64,000 bases of DNA from Amoebidium appalachense (taxonomy: Eukaryota; Protista; Ichthyosporea). Shown here in pieces: positions 38,416 through 50,800 of this stretch. Positions within the stretch are counted from its first letter, which is position 1. The number at the start of each line of letters is the position of its first letter. A program made the translations under genes and the position numbers. The stretch covers positions 62,001 to 126,000 of the forward strand of contig CAVNZM010000017.1 in NCBI GenBank assembly GCA_963693365.1. The letters are read 5' to 3'. The notes under the pieces were generated by a model. The model was given only the letters and a program-made list of their open reading frames with translations, was not told the DNA's origin and did no database searches.

Positions 38416-39315
38416 AAGCCCGTAAACGTGGAACGGGCACTTATTCGTAGGCACTGCCCACCAAACAGGGCAGTGCTGTCACTCTGCTCGGGAACTGGCA
38501 CGGTGATTGAAGCAGCAGCCATGGAACGTCGTGACGTTGTGGGGTTTGAAATCGACGAACGACTATGTGAAACGATTACGTCCGTACGAATGCCGTCAGC
38601 CAAGTTACGCAGCCAGGTATACCACGCCGTGGTGCAAAAGAACGCTGCACTTCTTCCACATACGGAACCGTCCGGAGACTCGTCTGCAGCTGAGCCAACG
38701 ATGGAGGCTCTTATAATGAAGGAGCGCCTGTTGAAGGTTGCAAGTTCGGAAGACGACGGCTGGATGTTTCAACTGGGCTCGTTGAACTCTGATGGCACGT
38801 GGGGGAATTTGCGTTATTCCCAAGTCATGACCAGCATCAGTCGGGAAAAGATCGTCTCGTATTGGGCAAGGAAAAAGCGGGGAAGTGATGGCTTTGATGA
38901 TGACGACGTCGCTCATAAGCGGCCACGGAAAGAAACACCCGCTCGGCCGGCACGGTCGGAAACGATTGCTCTGCCGGCAGACGTTCTTCGACCCCTCGGC
39001 CAGTCGTTCAGGGAGGAAAGAGAGAAAGAAGTTCAAGAGCGACTGTCTTCGTTCGGTGCGAGTGCCATACATGCTTCCACTCATTCAAATGAAGCTCAGG
39101 TGGCTAGCAACACCACGGCGACCGTTCCAGCTGCAGTGTCAAACGACACGAACAACACGTCAGCCCCGAGTCAAGATGACAACAATTCAGCCGCTAATAC
39201 GCAAGCCGCCACATCAATTGAGGAGACCACCCAACAGGACACAACAAACGAGAACAGTGGCAGGGAAGATTATGAGATCGACGACGAATTGGCAGAGCAG
39301 CTTTTTACTCCCTGA
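38416..39315 (+). CDS. Methyltransferase terminal exon: SAM-binding motifs X-I-II plus NLS-like, low-complexity acidic tail
   Basis: KPVNVERALIRRHCPPNRAVLSLCSGTGTVIEAAAMERRDVVGFEIDERLCETI parallels KP..L.R.I...S..GD.VLDPF.GSGTT..AA...GR...G.EID..YC of beta-class MTases. The tail has RKKRG and HKRPRK. Confidence 0.85.
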   Translation, partial: KPVNVERALIRRHCPPNRAVLSLCSGTGTVIEAAAMERRDVVGFEIDERLCETITSVRMPSAKLRSQVYHAVVQKNAALLPHTEPSGDSSAAEPTMEALIMKERLLKVASSEDDGWMFQLGSLNSDGTWGNLRYSQVMTSISREKIVSYWARKKRGSDGFDDDDVAHKRPRKETPARPARSETIALPADVLRPLGQSFREEREKEVQERLSSFGASAIHASTHSNEAQVASNTTATVPAAVSNDTNNTSAPSQDDNNSAANTQAATSIEETTQQDTTNENSGREDYEIDDELAEQLFTP

Positions 39316-39911
39316 GTTTCTCTCCTGTGTTGATTTTTTTTGAACTGTATTCTGTAATGATGTAGACCGTCAAGATTCTGAGCAGCAGACATGACATATA
39401 CGTGTGCATCGTTTGCATCGTTCTGTGATGTAAGTTCAAAGACCCTGGTGGCATTTTCATTGTAAATAGCTGATAATTTGTTATGACAAATGAGACTTTG
39501 CATTCTAAAGATACTTGATATAGGTTTTATTTGTGGAAATTATTGACATAAATATTTTTCTGGGTAAACACGTAGGATGGGTGTTCGATACCAACATAAC
39601 CATGTAGGCTTCATTTCGTGTTTTAGCAGTTAGCGGTTGGCTGCCCGCACACGGGCACCTATTAGCCAGTCAAAACATCAGATACCACAGATCACTAGAC
39701 CGAGTTATGATTGGCTCGGATCAGATTTCACATATCACTAGATCGATTTTTGATTGGTTCAGATCGGTAGGCTTAGGTATATAAGCACGACAGTTTTTAG
39801 CAGATCAGCAAGCTACAAACACATCTTCTGTGTTTAGCATCCACAGCCTTACAGCTATATATTCCTTTTCACTCCTTTTCATTCTCCCTATCTTTCCCTA
39901 CGCCGGTCAGC

Positions 39912-41081
39912 ATGCCGCCGAAAAAGCGCCAGGCCTCAGCCGCCGCCCCTGCCGCGGCACCTAAGCGCCTGACCCGCAGCGACCTCCGCCACAGGCTGAC
40001 CAACGCTCCCGCGGACACTGACGCGCCTCCAGCGGCCCATACCACCACGGACCCGGACCCGCCGGCTACTCTCCCCTCCACCCCTGAAGTCCCCCCTCAG
40101 GCCCCGCCGTCCCCGCAGATGACTTCTCAAGACGCCGTCCTGGCCGCCCTCACCGCCATCAGCACCCAGATGGCTGGCGTCCTGGCTGCTCTCACCAACC
40201 GCGACCCTCCCGCGCCCCCCGCCGCGCCCTCCACACCCGGGGAGGTTTCCCCGGGGCTGCATCTCGGCCCTGACCTTGACCTGCCTGCCCTGCCCGCGCC
40301 CCCCATCACAGGTGAGAACACTGGCGACATTCAGCCGGGCACACTCCCGCTTCCCCCCGCGGATGTGCTGGCAGATTTGCGCGCCAATCGTTTCGTCGAC
40401 CTGTATAAGTTCACCCCCGCCGCCCTCCTGGCCCCATCCAAGAAAGGTCAGCATCTGCGCATGGCCGACGACGGCAGCATCGAGACTTTTCGCCAAGACA
40501 AACCCGTTCCCCTGCGTTCACTCGTCATTTGGATCCAAGCTTGGACCCATTACATGGCCGCCAAGCACCACCTCGGCCTTCCCACGGACAAAGACGTACT
40601 TTGGACTCAGCACATCACTCGCCTCAGCACCCGATACCCGTGGGCCCAGATCCACAACTATGACGTATACGCCCGCACCGTGGCCCACCAGCAGGGTCGG
40701 GCTCCGATCGAGTGCCCCAACCTGCTCGCCCAACTCCACCAGGATCTCCTCCTGCCACCCACCCTGCTCATCCAGGACGCATGTCAGCGCTGTGGCTTCC
40801 CCGACCACCCCAGCGCGGCCTGCCCCATGTACCCCAAGCCCGGCTGTGGTCTTGACGGCTTTAAGCCGCCCCACAAGCCCGGCGGGGGTCACACCCCTAA
40901 CCGCCCTGGCCCGCAACCCGGCCCGGCCAAACCGGCCCGACCCGTGGATCTACCCGCGACGCACTGCAGGAATTTCCACATTAACGGTCGGTCCTGCGCT
41001 AAGCAGCCCTGCCCCTTCTCCCACGTGTGCCCGCTCTGCTCTGGCACACACCCCCGCAAAGACTGCAAGCACAATGCCTAG
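39912..41081 (+). CDS. gag: Ngaro gag-like protein (389 aa)
   Basis: ATG-initiated ORF with a Pro/Ala-rich N-terminus, FVDL and W..AW..Y...YD..R core, and C-terminal CQRCGFPDHPSAAC and CRNFH...C...CPFSHVCPLCSGTHPRKDC zinc fingers. Confidence 0.85.
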   Translation: MPPKKRQASAAAPAAAPKRLTRSDLRHRLTNAPADTDAPPAAHTTTDPDPPATLPSTPEVPPQAPPSPQMTSQDAVLAALTAISTQMAGVLAALTNRDPPAPPAAPSTPGEVSPGLHLGPDLDLPALPAPPITGENTGDIQPGTLPLPPADVLADLRANRFVDLYKFTPAALLAPSKKGQHLRMADDGSIETFRQDKPVPLRSLVIWIQAWTHYMAAKHHLGLPTDKDVLWTQHITRLSTRYPWAQIHNYDVYARTVAHQQGRAPIECPNLLAQLHQDLLLPPTLLIQDACQRCGFPDHPSAACPMYPKPGCGLDGFKPPHKPGGGHTPNRPGPQPGPAKPARPVDLPATHCRNFHINGRSCAKQPCPFSHVCPLCSGTHPRKDCKHNA

Positions 41082-41381
41082 TCTACGCGCACACCCACAC
41101 ACACAGCTAGAACATAGGGGTTCGGAGCTAGGACACACGAGTACAGGGAAACGGAGCTCGGGAGAACGGGCCAATAGGGCTGAGTACAAAATTTCGCAGG
41201 CCAACTACGGCGCCCGCGCGCGTCAAGAATAAATGTCCCTATACAAAGACGTTTATTCTGGCCACTGCACATAATTTTACTCCCCCCCCCCCCCATCCCA
41301 CGAGCCTCCCCCCCCTTACACTCACCTAGCACTCCCTCCCCCCCCCCCTTCTTCTACCGCTGTGTCCGCCCACACCCCCGC

Positions 41382-43217
41382 GTGCTCGGGCACATTCCCC
41401 TGCACAGGGCCCCGCTGCCCTCCCTGCCAACCCTCACTTGGGCCAAGCTGCCCTACTCTAACCCCCCGGGGCCCTGCTGCCCCCCCCCCCCCCCCCCCCC
41501 CCCCCCAAACCCCCCCCCCCCCCCCCCCCCCCCCCGCTGCCGGGATCTCCCCAAGGGTACACCACCCTTGCTAACCACCCCCTTCCCCCGAGGCTCAGAC
41601 CCGGAGGCCCGCCCGCTGCCCCAGCACCACATTGACACCTCCCGCCTCCGGGAACTGCTGGCCTCCTACCCGGACCAACCATTCGCCGCACAACTCCTCC
41701 ACGATGTCGAATTCGGCGTCGACATCGGCTATCGCGGCCCCTCCACCTCTCGGGTGGGCCCCAACCTACCCACCACCCCGGAGGCAGCTGCCGCTATCAC
41801 GGTGGATATTGCCAAAGAAGTCGCCCTCGGCCACCTGCGCGGCCCCCTCTCCCCGGCCCAATTCTTTGACGAATTTCCCGTCCACCGTTCCTCCCCCATC
41901 GGCGCCGTTACCAAGAAAGGGAACCCCCCCAAGTACCGTCGAATCCACCACCTCTCCTGGCCCCGGGGTAGCAGTGTCAATGACAGCATCACCTACCCCG
42001 ACGAACTTCAGTACATTCGCGCCCGGGATGTCACCCAACTCATTCTCGACGCAGGCCCCGGCTGCTACATGGCCGTGGCAGATGTGCAGGCTGCCTTCCG
42101 GCACATGCCCATCCGACCGGAAGACCACCACTTAATGGCATTCAAATGGCAAGGGCATTTTTACGTTGAAACCAGACTGCCCTTCGGCCTGAAATCTAGC
42201 CCAGCCATCTGGGAACGGATCGCGGCCACCCTACAGTGGCTGGCACACCAGCACGGTATTACCCTCATCCGCCACTACGTAGACGACTGGATTATAGTCG
42301 CCCCCACACAACAGCAGTGCCAACGTCACCTATCCACCTTTCTGCAACTCTGCCGAGAGCTGCACATTGCCATCTCCGAAGACAAGATGCAGGGCCCGGC
42401 TACCCGTGTCGTCTTCATCGGTATCGAATTCGACTCCATCGCCATGGAGGCACGAATCCCGGCTTCCAAGCTCTCGGACCTACTCGACCTCACTTCCCAC
42501 CCAAAGCCCACCATCACCATTCGGGACCTCCAGTCCCTCCTCGGCAAACTCACCTGGTGTGCCCAGCTGGTTCCCCCCGGGAGGGCCTTCTCCCAGCGCC
42601 TATGGGCCCTTCTCCGGACCCACCCACACCTTGCCGGCCACCACCACATACGACTGACTGCTGCCGCCCGGGCCGACATAGCCGAATGGCACCAGTTCCT
42701 CACATCATGGAATGGGGTGCACCTCATCACACCCCCCACATACACCACCCTGGCCACTGATGCTGCCGGATCGGTGGGTCTAGGTGGCCACTGGCTCGAC
42801 CAATGGTTCTTCATGCCCTGGTCCCCCTCCACCCAAGCCCTCTATGCTCATGAGGGTAAACTCGGTTCTTCCGTCATCGAACTCCTGGCCATCGCAGCCG
42901 CCGTGGCCCTCTGGGCCCCCTCCTGGTCCACCCACCATGTCCGTATTTTATGCGACAACACGGGTGCTGTGTCTGACCTGCACTCCCGGTCTTCCCCCCA
43001 CCCCGTGATGGCCAAACTTATTCGGTTCATCACCCGCATGGAAATGCAATACCAATTTACGTTACAGGCATCCTACCTACCAGGACCCCTCAACCATCTG
43101 GCCGATGCCATTTCTCGTAACCAACTTCCCCGGGCCCGACGACTCCGACCTTCCCTGCAACCGGAGCCCTGCCCCTTCCCCTCCTGGGTCCACGAGTTCC
43201 TATCCCTTCCCTTGGGC

Positions 43218-43220
<3 letters not shown>
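41382..43220 (+). CDS. pol: Ngaro reverse transcriptase-RNase H (true start uncertain because of poly-C runs)
   Basis: RT motifs YRRIHHLS, DVQAAFR, LPFGLKSSP, YVDD, FIGIEFD; RNase H motifs TDAAG, ELLAI, CDN, NHLADAISR. Confidence 0.93.
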
Positions 43221-43249
<29 letters not shown>

Positions 43250-43280
43250 AGATCTCCCGTTCCGGAGCAACACTGGCAGA

Positions 43281-44312
43281 TTGGCCCCCCACTTTGCTCC
43301 GGCCGAGCTGCTTCGAGCCACCACTACCCTGCAGGAATGCCAGGCCCTGAGTCTCAACCTCGACTCTCGGGCCTTTTACTCCCGGGTGCAAAAAGTGTTC
43401 ATCGATTTCTGTGTGGCATCTCGGCTGCAATCCTCCTCCGGGTCCTCCCTCCCGGCCTCCCCACACACCGTGCAACTTTTTCTCGCCTGGTGTGCCCAAC
43501 GAGGGGTACAGGCCTCTTCCTTAACCGGCTACAATTCGGCCATCACCAGGCTCCACCTCGACATGGGCCTCCCTGCTCCCTACCCCCACGACAAGTCTCT
43601 GGCCTGGTTCCTACGGGGGGTAGGCCGATGGCAGCTTTCTCACAACATCCGACCCCGCTCATCCACCAGGGAACCCCTCCTCCCCTCCCACCTCCACCTA
43701 CTCCACGGCCAGTGCCCCACCAAGGCCTCCTCGGCCAATCTCCGGCTATGGACGGCCCTCATCGTCGGTTTCTGTGGTCTCCTCCGTTCAGGGGAATTTA
43801 CCTCCAAGACCCTGACTTCTTTCGACCCGTCCCGTCACGTTAAACGGAAGGACGTGACCTTCAGCTACACCCCCACCGGTACTTTGTCCCATGCCACCCT
43901 CCACCTGCCAACCTCTAAGACGGATGTACAGGCCCGAGGTGTCAACGTCACCCTAGCTGCCCTGCCCCTCACCCACTTCTCCCCAGCCCATCTCCTCCGG
44001 CAGTTCCTGGATACAACGTCCGGTCAACCCGACGACCCCCTCTTCAGTCTCGGTGGCATCCCCTACACCAAGAGTGCTTTCTCTGCCGATTTCCGTGCCC
44101 TCCTCTCCCGGGCAGGCCTCTCACCCTCCCGGTTTGCCGGACACAGCCTCCGCATCGGGGGGGCCACAGCACTGGCTGAGGCCGGGGTCGACGACTCCCG
44201 GATCAAACAACTCGGCCGGTGGTCCTCCGACTGCTTCCTGATCTATACCCGACTTCGTCCGGCCTCCATTGCTGCCACCACCACACGTGTATTCGCCTCT
44301 ATTCTTAAGTGA
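43281..44312 (+). CDS. Ngaro tyrosine recombinase
   Basis: Catalytic residues intact: GLLRSGEF (R), SKTD (K), HSLRIGGAT (HxxR), LGRW (W), FLIYTR (Y). Confidence 0.93.
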   Translation: MAPHFAPAELLRATTTLQECQALSLNLDSRAFYSRVQKVFIDFCVASRLQSSSGSSLPASPHTVQLFLAWCAQRGVQASSLTGYNSAITRLHLDMGLPAPYPHDKSLAWFLRGVGRWQLSHNIRPRSSTREPLLPSHLHLLHGQCPTKASSANLRLWTALIVGFCGLLRSGEFTSKTLTSFDPSRHVKRKDVTFSYTPTGTLSHATLHLPTSKTDVQARGVNVTLAALPLTHFSPAHLLRQFLDTTSGQPDDPLFSLGGIPYTKSAFSADFRALLSRAGLSPSRFAGHSLRIGGATALAEAGVDDSRIKQLGRWSSDCFLIYTRLRPASIAATTTRVFASILK

Positions 44313-46280
44313 AACCTTTGGAGCAAGCATACTGCTCTCGTGCCGTGGTTTACAACCATTGCAGGTTCACTTTCGTCCAAGGGGATGTCCCCCTAGAGGC
44401 AACACACGTCCCGGAGTAGTTTTTCATAGAGGTTTTATTTGTGGAAATTATTGACATAAATATTTTTCTGGGTAAACACGTAGGATGGGTGTTCGATACC
44501 AACATAACCATGTAGGCTTCATTTCGTGTTTTAGCAGTTAGCGGTTGGCTGCCCGCACACGGGCACCTATTAGCCAGTCAAAACATCAGATACCACAGAT
44601 CACTAGACCGAGTTATGATTGGCTCGGATCAGATTTCACATATCACTAGATCGATTTTTGATTGGTTCAGATCGGTAGGCTTAGGTATATAAGCACGACA
44701 GTTTTTAGCAGATCAGCAAGCTACAAACACATCTTCTGTGTTTAGCATCCACAGCCTTACAGCTATATATTCCTTTTCACCCACCCACCTACACCCACAC
44801 ACAACCCCCATTGATCCACACATACGTGCTGTTTTTTCACGGGGCGAAGCCTTCCCCCGTTTTTTGGGCACATGGACCTCACGGATCAATAAATTGATGA
44901 CTGGGGGCTTGCCGTGGTTTACAACCATTGCAGGTTCACTTTCGTCCAAGGGGATGTCCCCCTAGAGGCAACACACGTCCCGGAGTAGTTTTTCATAGAG
45001 TGAGTAAAGATTATGCTGATAGCATCCGTTCGGTGCCTGCTGTGTTGATCTTTTTTGAATTGTATTCTGTAATGATGTAGGCCGTCAAGATTCTGAGCAG
45101 GAGACAAGACATATATGTGTACATAGTTACTGTTATGTAAGTTCAAAGACCCTGGTGGCATATTCACAGCAGGCATATGTCACCGAACGTGTAATCTTTA
45201 AATCTTCAAAGCAAGTCGGGATGTTTGTTATTCTGGCTTTGCCTTTTTAAACATAAAGCCGGGCCTCAATGAGCCGAATGACCTCACAATAAAATTTATT
45301 CTACAACAATTCTGTCTCAAGTGACTGGCCCTGTTACAGGCCCATTACACCATGCAAACACGAAAAACCAGGCATGTTTTAGCAACACCAGCGGAGTCGA
45401 GATATATGACTTTAAAAAAAAATTTTTTAGTTCAAAAGCGAGAGGGTCTAAAGCCTGCACATTTCTAGTTAAAGATCTAGTTCTATTGATTAAAAAAGAA
45501 ATAGATTTCCCCAAAATGTATGTGGAAAAACCGACAAATTTTCACTAAAGGTCTCAAAACCCAAAAGTAGCTTGCAACCTCCTCCCGGCAGATGACCAGG
45601 TCGTAAAGGAAATAATGACTATGATGTTACAACCTCTGTTGCAATGACAAAGTTGACAGAGCGGCGCACGCAGTTTGACTACGGTAGCGTGCGCGAAACT
45701 TAGACTCCTTGCGTGCTTGCTCTTGGTCACGCACATTCACCTGCACTAATCGTTGCCGACTGGCACGTGTCAGTTCAAGCATCAAAGGATGTGTGCCTCG
45801 ATCGCATTCCTGGGTGCGGCCCAAACCAATCAAGTGCTAGCCCGCAGGTGCGTGCGGTTCAACCCAAAAATCCGAGGCTCACGATCCACGATTCCTCGCG
45901 GATCGGACCCGAAATATCGGTGCAGTGTAGGACCGCACGCCGCATGGGCAACATTCCTGCAGAAGCAAAACACATTCCACAAAAAATCGGTGAAAATCGT
46001 CCATCGGCCGGCCCTACCAGTTCATAATGTAACCCGGTCGTCACTCGTAGGTGCCTACTTTCCTATAGCGGGACTGGCAGTGATTTCTGGTACTTTTTCG
46101 GCTCAAAAATAATATCCTATTACGCAATATAAATATTTGTATGTTTCATAATGCTTCACTATAGTATACATTTTTTGTTTCTTTATAATACATAGGCGTG
46201 CAAGTGCCAAACGGCGGTCATGCTGCATGCGTGACATCTGGGTTTAAAATCTAGGCTTGGGTTTAAGTATCTGGGTACGG

Positions 46281-46493
46281 TATAGCCGTCCATTGAAAGT
46301 ATGGCGAAAAGGGTATCATACAGAGGCAAGGGTTGTTTTTATGGAGCAATTGGTCTCTTTTCTCTTTTTTTATGGCCAAATTTTGTCGGACACTACACCT
46401 TCCCAGCCAATCATTGTGCAATGGGTATTTATTCGGTCATTTAAACATGACCAGCACAACATCCTGCTGTCCACCGAGCCCCCCCCCCCCCCC

Positions 46494-46549
<56 letters not shown>

Positions 46550-47142
46550 AAGAAAGAAAGAAAGAAAGAAAAAAAGAAAAGAAAAGAAAAGAAAAAAAAC
46601 TATTTTTTGGGCCTCCGGAACCATCCTGTAATTATAGTGGAGCAGGAAAAAATCCCTATTTTTAGCCCTCCAGAACCAACACGTACATATAAATCAATAA
46701 ATAAAATAGCGCAGGTGAAAACCCCCGAACTTTTAGCCTGTCGCCACCAACACGTACCCATAAGTAGCACAGAAAAATGGCCTATTCTTAGCTATCAGGC
46801 ATAACACGTACCAATTAAAAGCCACACAGGGAAACCCCCATTTTTAAATTCGTTCCTAAATTGTGCACGGAAAAGAATTTATTTTTAACCCACCATCACC
46901 AACATTTCCCTTATAGCCGTCCATTGAAAGTATGGCGAAAAGGGTATCATACAGAGGCAAGGGTTGTTTTTATGGAGCAATTGGTCTCTTTTCTCTTTTT
47001 TATGGCCAAATTTTGTCGGACACTACACCTTCCCAGCCAATCATTGTGCAATGGGTATTTATTCGGTCATTTAAACATGACCAGCACAACATCCTGCTGT
47101 CCACCGAGCCCCCCCCCCCCCCCTCCCCCCCCCCCCCTCCCC

Positions 47143-47173
<31 letters not shown>

Positions 47174-47536
47174 AAAAGAAAGAAAGAAAGAAAGAAAAAA
47201 AGAAAAGAAAAGAAAAGAAAAAAAACTATTTTTTGGGCCTCCGGAACCATCCTGTAATTATAGTGGAGCAGGAAAAAATCCCTATTTTTAGCCCTCCAGA
47301 ACCAACACGTACATATAAATCAATAAATAAAATAGCGCAGGTGAAAACCCCCGAACTTTTAGCCTGTCGCCACCAACACGTACCCATAAGTAGCACAGAA
47401 AAATGGCCTATTCTTAGCTATCAGGCATAACACGTACCAATTAAAAGCCACACAGGGAAACCCCCATTTTTAAATTCGTTCCTAAATTGTGCACGGAAAA
47501 GAATTTATTTTTAACCCACCATCACCAACATTTCCC
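46281..47536. repeat. Near-identical tandem duplication, 2 x ~630 bp
   Basis: 46281-46911 and 46912-47536 differ essentially only in homopolymer or low-complexity run length. Confidence 0.92.
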
Positions 47537-47545
47537 TATAAATAG

Positions 47546-47770
47546 CGCAGGTGATCGTATCCCTCCAGTCCATCGTATCCCGTCAGATGCCCTCCAAGGA
47601 GAACATAGTGCTGAGTGTGTGCATGGTCCATGGGGGGGAGTCTCCAAACGTCATCCCTGACTCCGTAAAATTGTCGGGCACTGTAAGGTGTGTGCACACT
47701 CCCCTCCACACCCACCCACCCCCAACACACACACGCACACACGCACGCACGCATGCATGCACGCACGTGC

Positions 47771-47823
<53 letters not shown>

Positions 47824-47842
47824 CACACACACACACACTGTG

Positions 47843-47880
<38 letters not shown>

Positions 47881-50800
47881 CCGTGCACGGTACTGCACAC
47901 ACACACAGACCAATCCCCCCCCCCCCCCTTCCGAGGTGGATGACTTGCCCCGTGCCCCCCCCCCCCCCCCCCTCTTCCCCCGGGTGACTTGCTACCCCTT
48001 CTGGGGTAACGGGAGCTATTTTTGATGCACTGCTTGTATGGTCTATGTTTTGTGGGATCGATTGGGAGCATACTCTCTCCATGTGCTTTTTGCAAAGTCT
48101 GCATTGTGCTATCCGGCGCCTATACGTACTTTGTTCTCTGTAACACATTCTTACTCTTTTCCCCCCTCCCACCGCCTCCCCCTTCCCCTCTAACATCCCC
48201 TTCTTTAAGGAGAGGCTCTGCTTTTGGTGCAACTTTGCATGTGTGCCCTTCTTTTATACATATCATCATGAGGTTGTCCGGTTTGAGTTTCTTAATTGTA
48301 CCTTTAATACTACTACATTCACCCCCCCCTACCCCCCTCCCCCCTCTCTAGGCTTCTTGTCTGTATCTGCTCCCCTTTTTCCCTCGGTCTCTCCCCCTTC
48401 CTTCCCCCCCCCCCCCCCCCCCCCAAACACACACACACACACCTGAATATGGTCTTTTCTAATGTTTATACCATTATAGTACTGTTGGCCTTGGTACCGA
48501 CAATTCATCACAGCTCACGTATTTGTCGTTATTAAACATGTTTCCTGTGTCTTGCGCAGAGTTCCTCATCGTGAAGCGGCACGTCATGCTGGGTTACACA
48601 TTCTAACCCCCACTCCCCCGCGCGCGCACACACTGTCATCTTCACTTGATTCTCAGCAAGACTTAGAAGTTGAGTTTTGTATTTATTTATTAGTTGTTGT
48701 AGTTTGTTTCCTTTTCCTTTCTTCATTTCTTTCTTTCTTTTCTGTTTCCGTGTACACGACATCTTAGATCTGTGTACGTATCGACATACTTAGCTCGCGC
48801 ACACGTATTGTCGTTTGCGTCAAAATCTATATATGTCATCCAATCATATCTCGTTTGTATTTTCCCAAGTATAGTAACTTACATTCCTTTCTCATTCCTT
48901 TCTCACGACGTAGCATTGTGCTATGTTCTTCAACTATTTAGACGTGTTATGATAAGAACATGTATAAATGTATGTTATGAATTAATAGTTGCATAAGTGG
49001 TTTCATTTTGTTAAATGTTTCCGCGCTTTTATTACTAGAAGTTTCTTTCATTAGAGGATTGAGTTTTATATTCTATGTGTCGACAGACATTTTAATCGAT
49101 ATATTTTACACTCATAGTTTTCGTTCTTTTGATTGGTTTATCGTTTCACATTCCCAAGTATAAAAGGGACCTCATCTTGAAATAAATCACAAGCAGTCGT
49201 ATTCATTTCCTATGGTTCCAGAAATCGCTCCTCCTCTCCGGTTGTGTTTTTCCCGTGTGTCTCTGTGTTGTGTATATCATAACACCCATCTGTGCTCTCT
49301 GCTTCTCCGTTTACCCACACAAAATAACAGGTTTACGGCCCCTTTGCACGCTAACACACAATCTCGTTACAACCGCGAAAATCTCTCAGTCTTACTGCTT
49401 CAATCATGACTGACAAACCGTCGTATATCAACCTTCCAATATGGAATCCGTCCGAGAAACGAGACGAGAAACGTCTTAATTATTTCGAGTGGGAGCCACT
49501 CATTCACCGGTTCATTAGAACAACCATTGCCGAGAAATTCGTTGACGCTATCAAGAGGCCACAGTGGGTTGACGGCGCTGAAGCCAACCAGTGGCTAGGC
49601 TACGCCACCAAGGACTCATACAAGAAAGCTTCCGACGTCCTCGACCAGATCCTCAACCAGTCCGTCCACCCGACCGAGCTCTACGACTCCGGCCGGATGC
49701 AAGACGGTGTCCACGGTGGTGAAGTCTTCCACAACCTACGTATGGCGTATGTAGCAGAGAAGGAGGCCCGAGTCACCCAGATCCAAGTCACCTTCGAGGA
49801 GCTTGAACTACGAGACTACCCCAACGTCACAGCATACCTCACCCGTCTCCAACGTCTGGCTACGACACTTGCCTGCCTCGACGAGCCCGTCCAGCACAAG
49901 GATGTCGTACGTAAGTTCTTCCTTCACCTCAGGAAGAACACGGCCCTGGTCTGCTCCGACATTGAACGTCTCTGCTCCGACTACTGCCAGTGGATGAACA
50001 ACAAGGCCTACCCGTCCTTCAACCAGCTCATCAGTGACATCCGAGGAGCTGAAATCCGTGCCGGCCTCATCGACGCAGGCACTGGTGCAACCGTCAACCA
50101 CCGTCCCCTCCGTGCACTCCAGAGCAGAGTGCTTCCCCCCGGTGACCTCCGTAACCGTATTCCTCGACGTGAGCATACACCTCACCGTTCCCCGTCCCGT
50201 TCCCGTGATCCTCGTCCTTCCTCCAAGTCACCCGGCCCCCGTTCAACTTCCCCTTACCACCGTGGTAACAGGGACAACCGTAACCGACAGCACAACACCA
50301 AGAAGGTGGAGTGTTCCTACTGCCATGAGCCCCACCACATCACAGCATGCCCGGAGCCTGGCTGTACTGTTGCTCGTCGTGCCAAGCAGGAGAAAGGCGA
50401 CAAAAGTGTGAAATTTGCACTCATCTCCTCCACCGGCACACCTGACAGTAACGACCCCGTCTGGGACAGTGCTTGTAATGCACACATCTGCCCCATCAAG
50501 GAGTATTTCTCCTCTCTTACCCCGTGTCCTCCCACCCCCATTCACGGCCTCGGCACAGTCAATGCCAAACAACGTGGCATCATCAACATGACACTGCACT
50601 ACAACGGCCAACCAACACAGTGCAGCATCAATGCTTACTACGTACCCGAGTCACCGTCTTTCCTCGTGTCTACCTCCATGGCCTCAGCTGCCGGCCTCCT
50701 AGGTCATTGTGACGATACAGACAACCACCCGTCGTTCCTCTACAGCCGTAATGGTGACATCATTTCAGATCTCACCCCCCTCGACGGTCTCTACTACATC

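Larger units (their letters stand above)
39522..45000 (+). mobile_element. Complete Ngaro-type (DIRS order) tyrosine-recombinase retrotransposon with split direct repeats A1-ORFs-B1-A2-B2
   Basis: A1 39522-39872 equals A2 44430-44780 (351 bp). B1 44341-44431 equals B2 44910-45000 (91 bp). Contains gag, RT-RNaseH and YR ORFs. No methyltransferase domain after RNase H and no conventional TSD. Confidence 0.93.

Noticed and set aside
38416-44312. Methyltransferase as the MT domain of the DIRS element
   Set aside because: It lies outside repeat A1, is intron-split and is beta-class. DIRS MT domains follow RNase H inside pol.
39325-45166. Long target-site duplication of Ngaro
   Set aside because: The copies are diverged and offset from the element ends, while the element's own repeats look identical.
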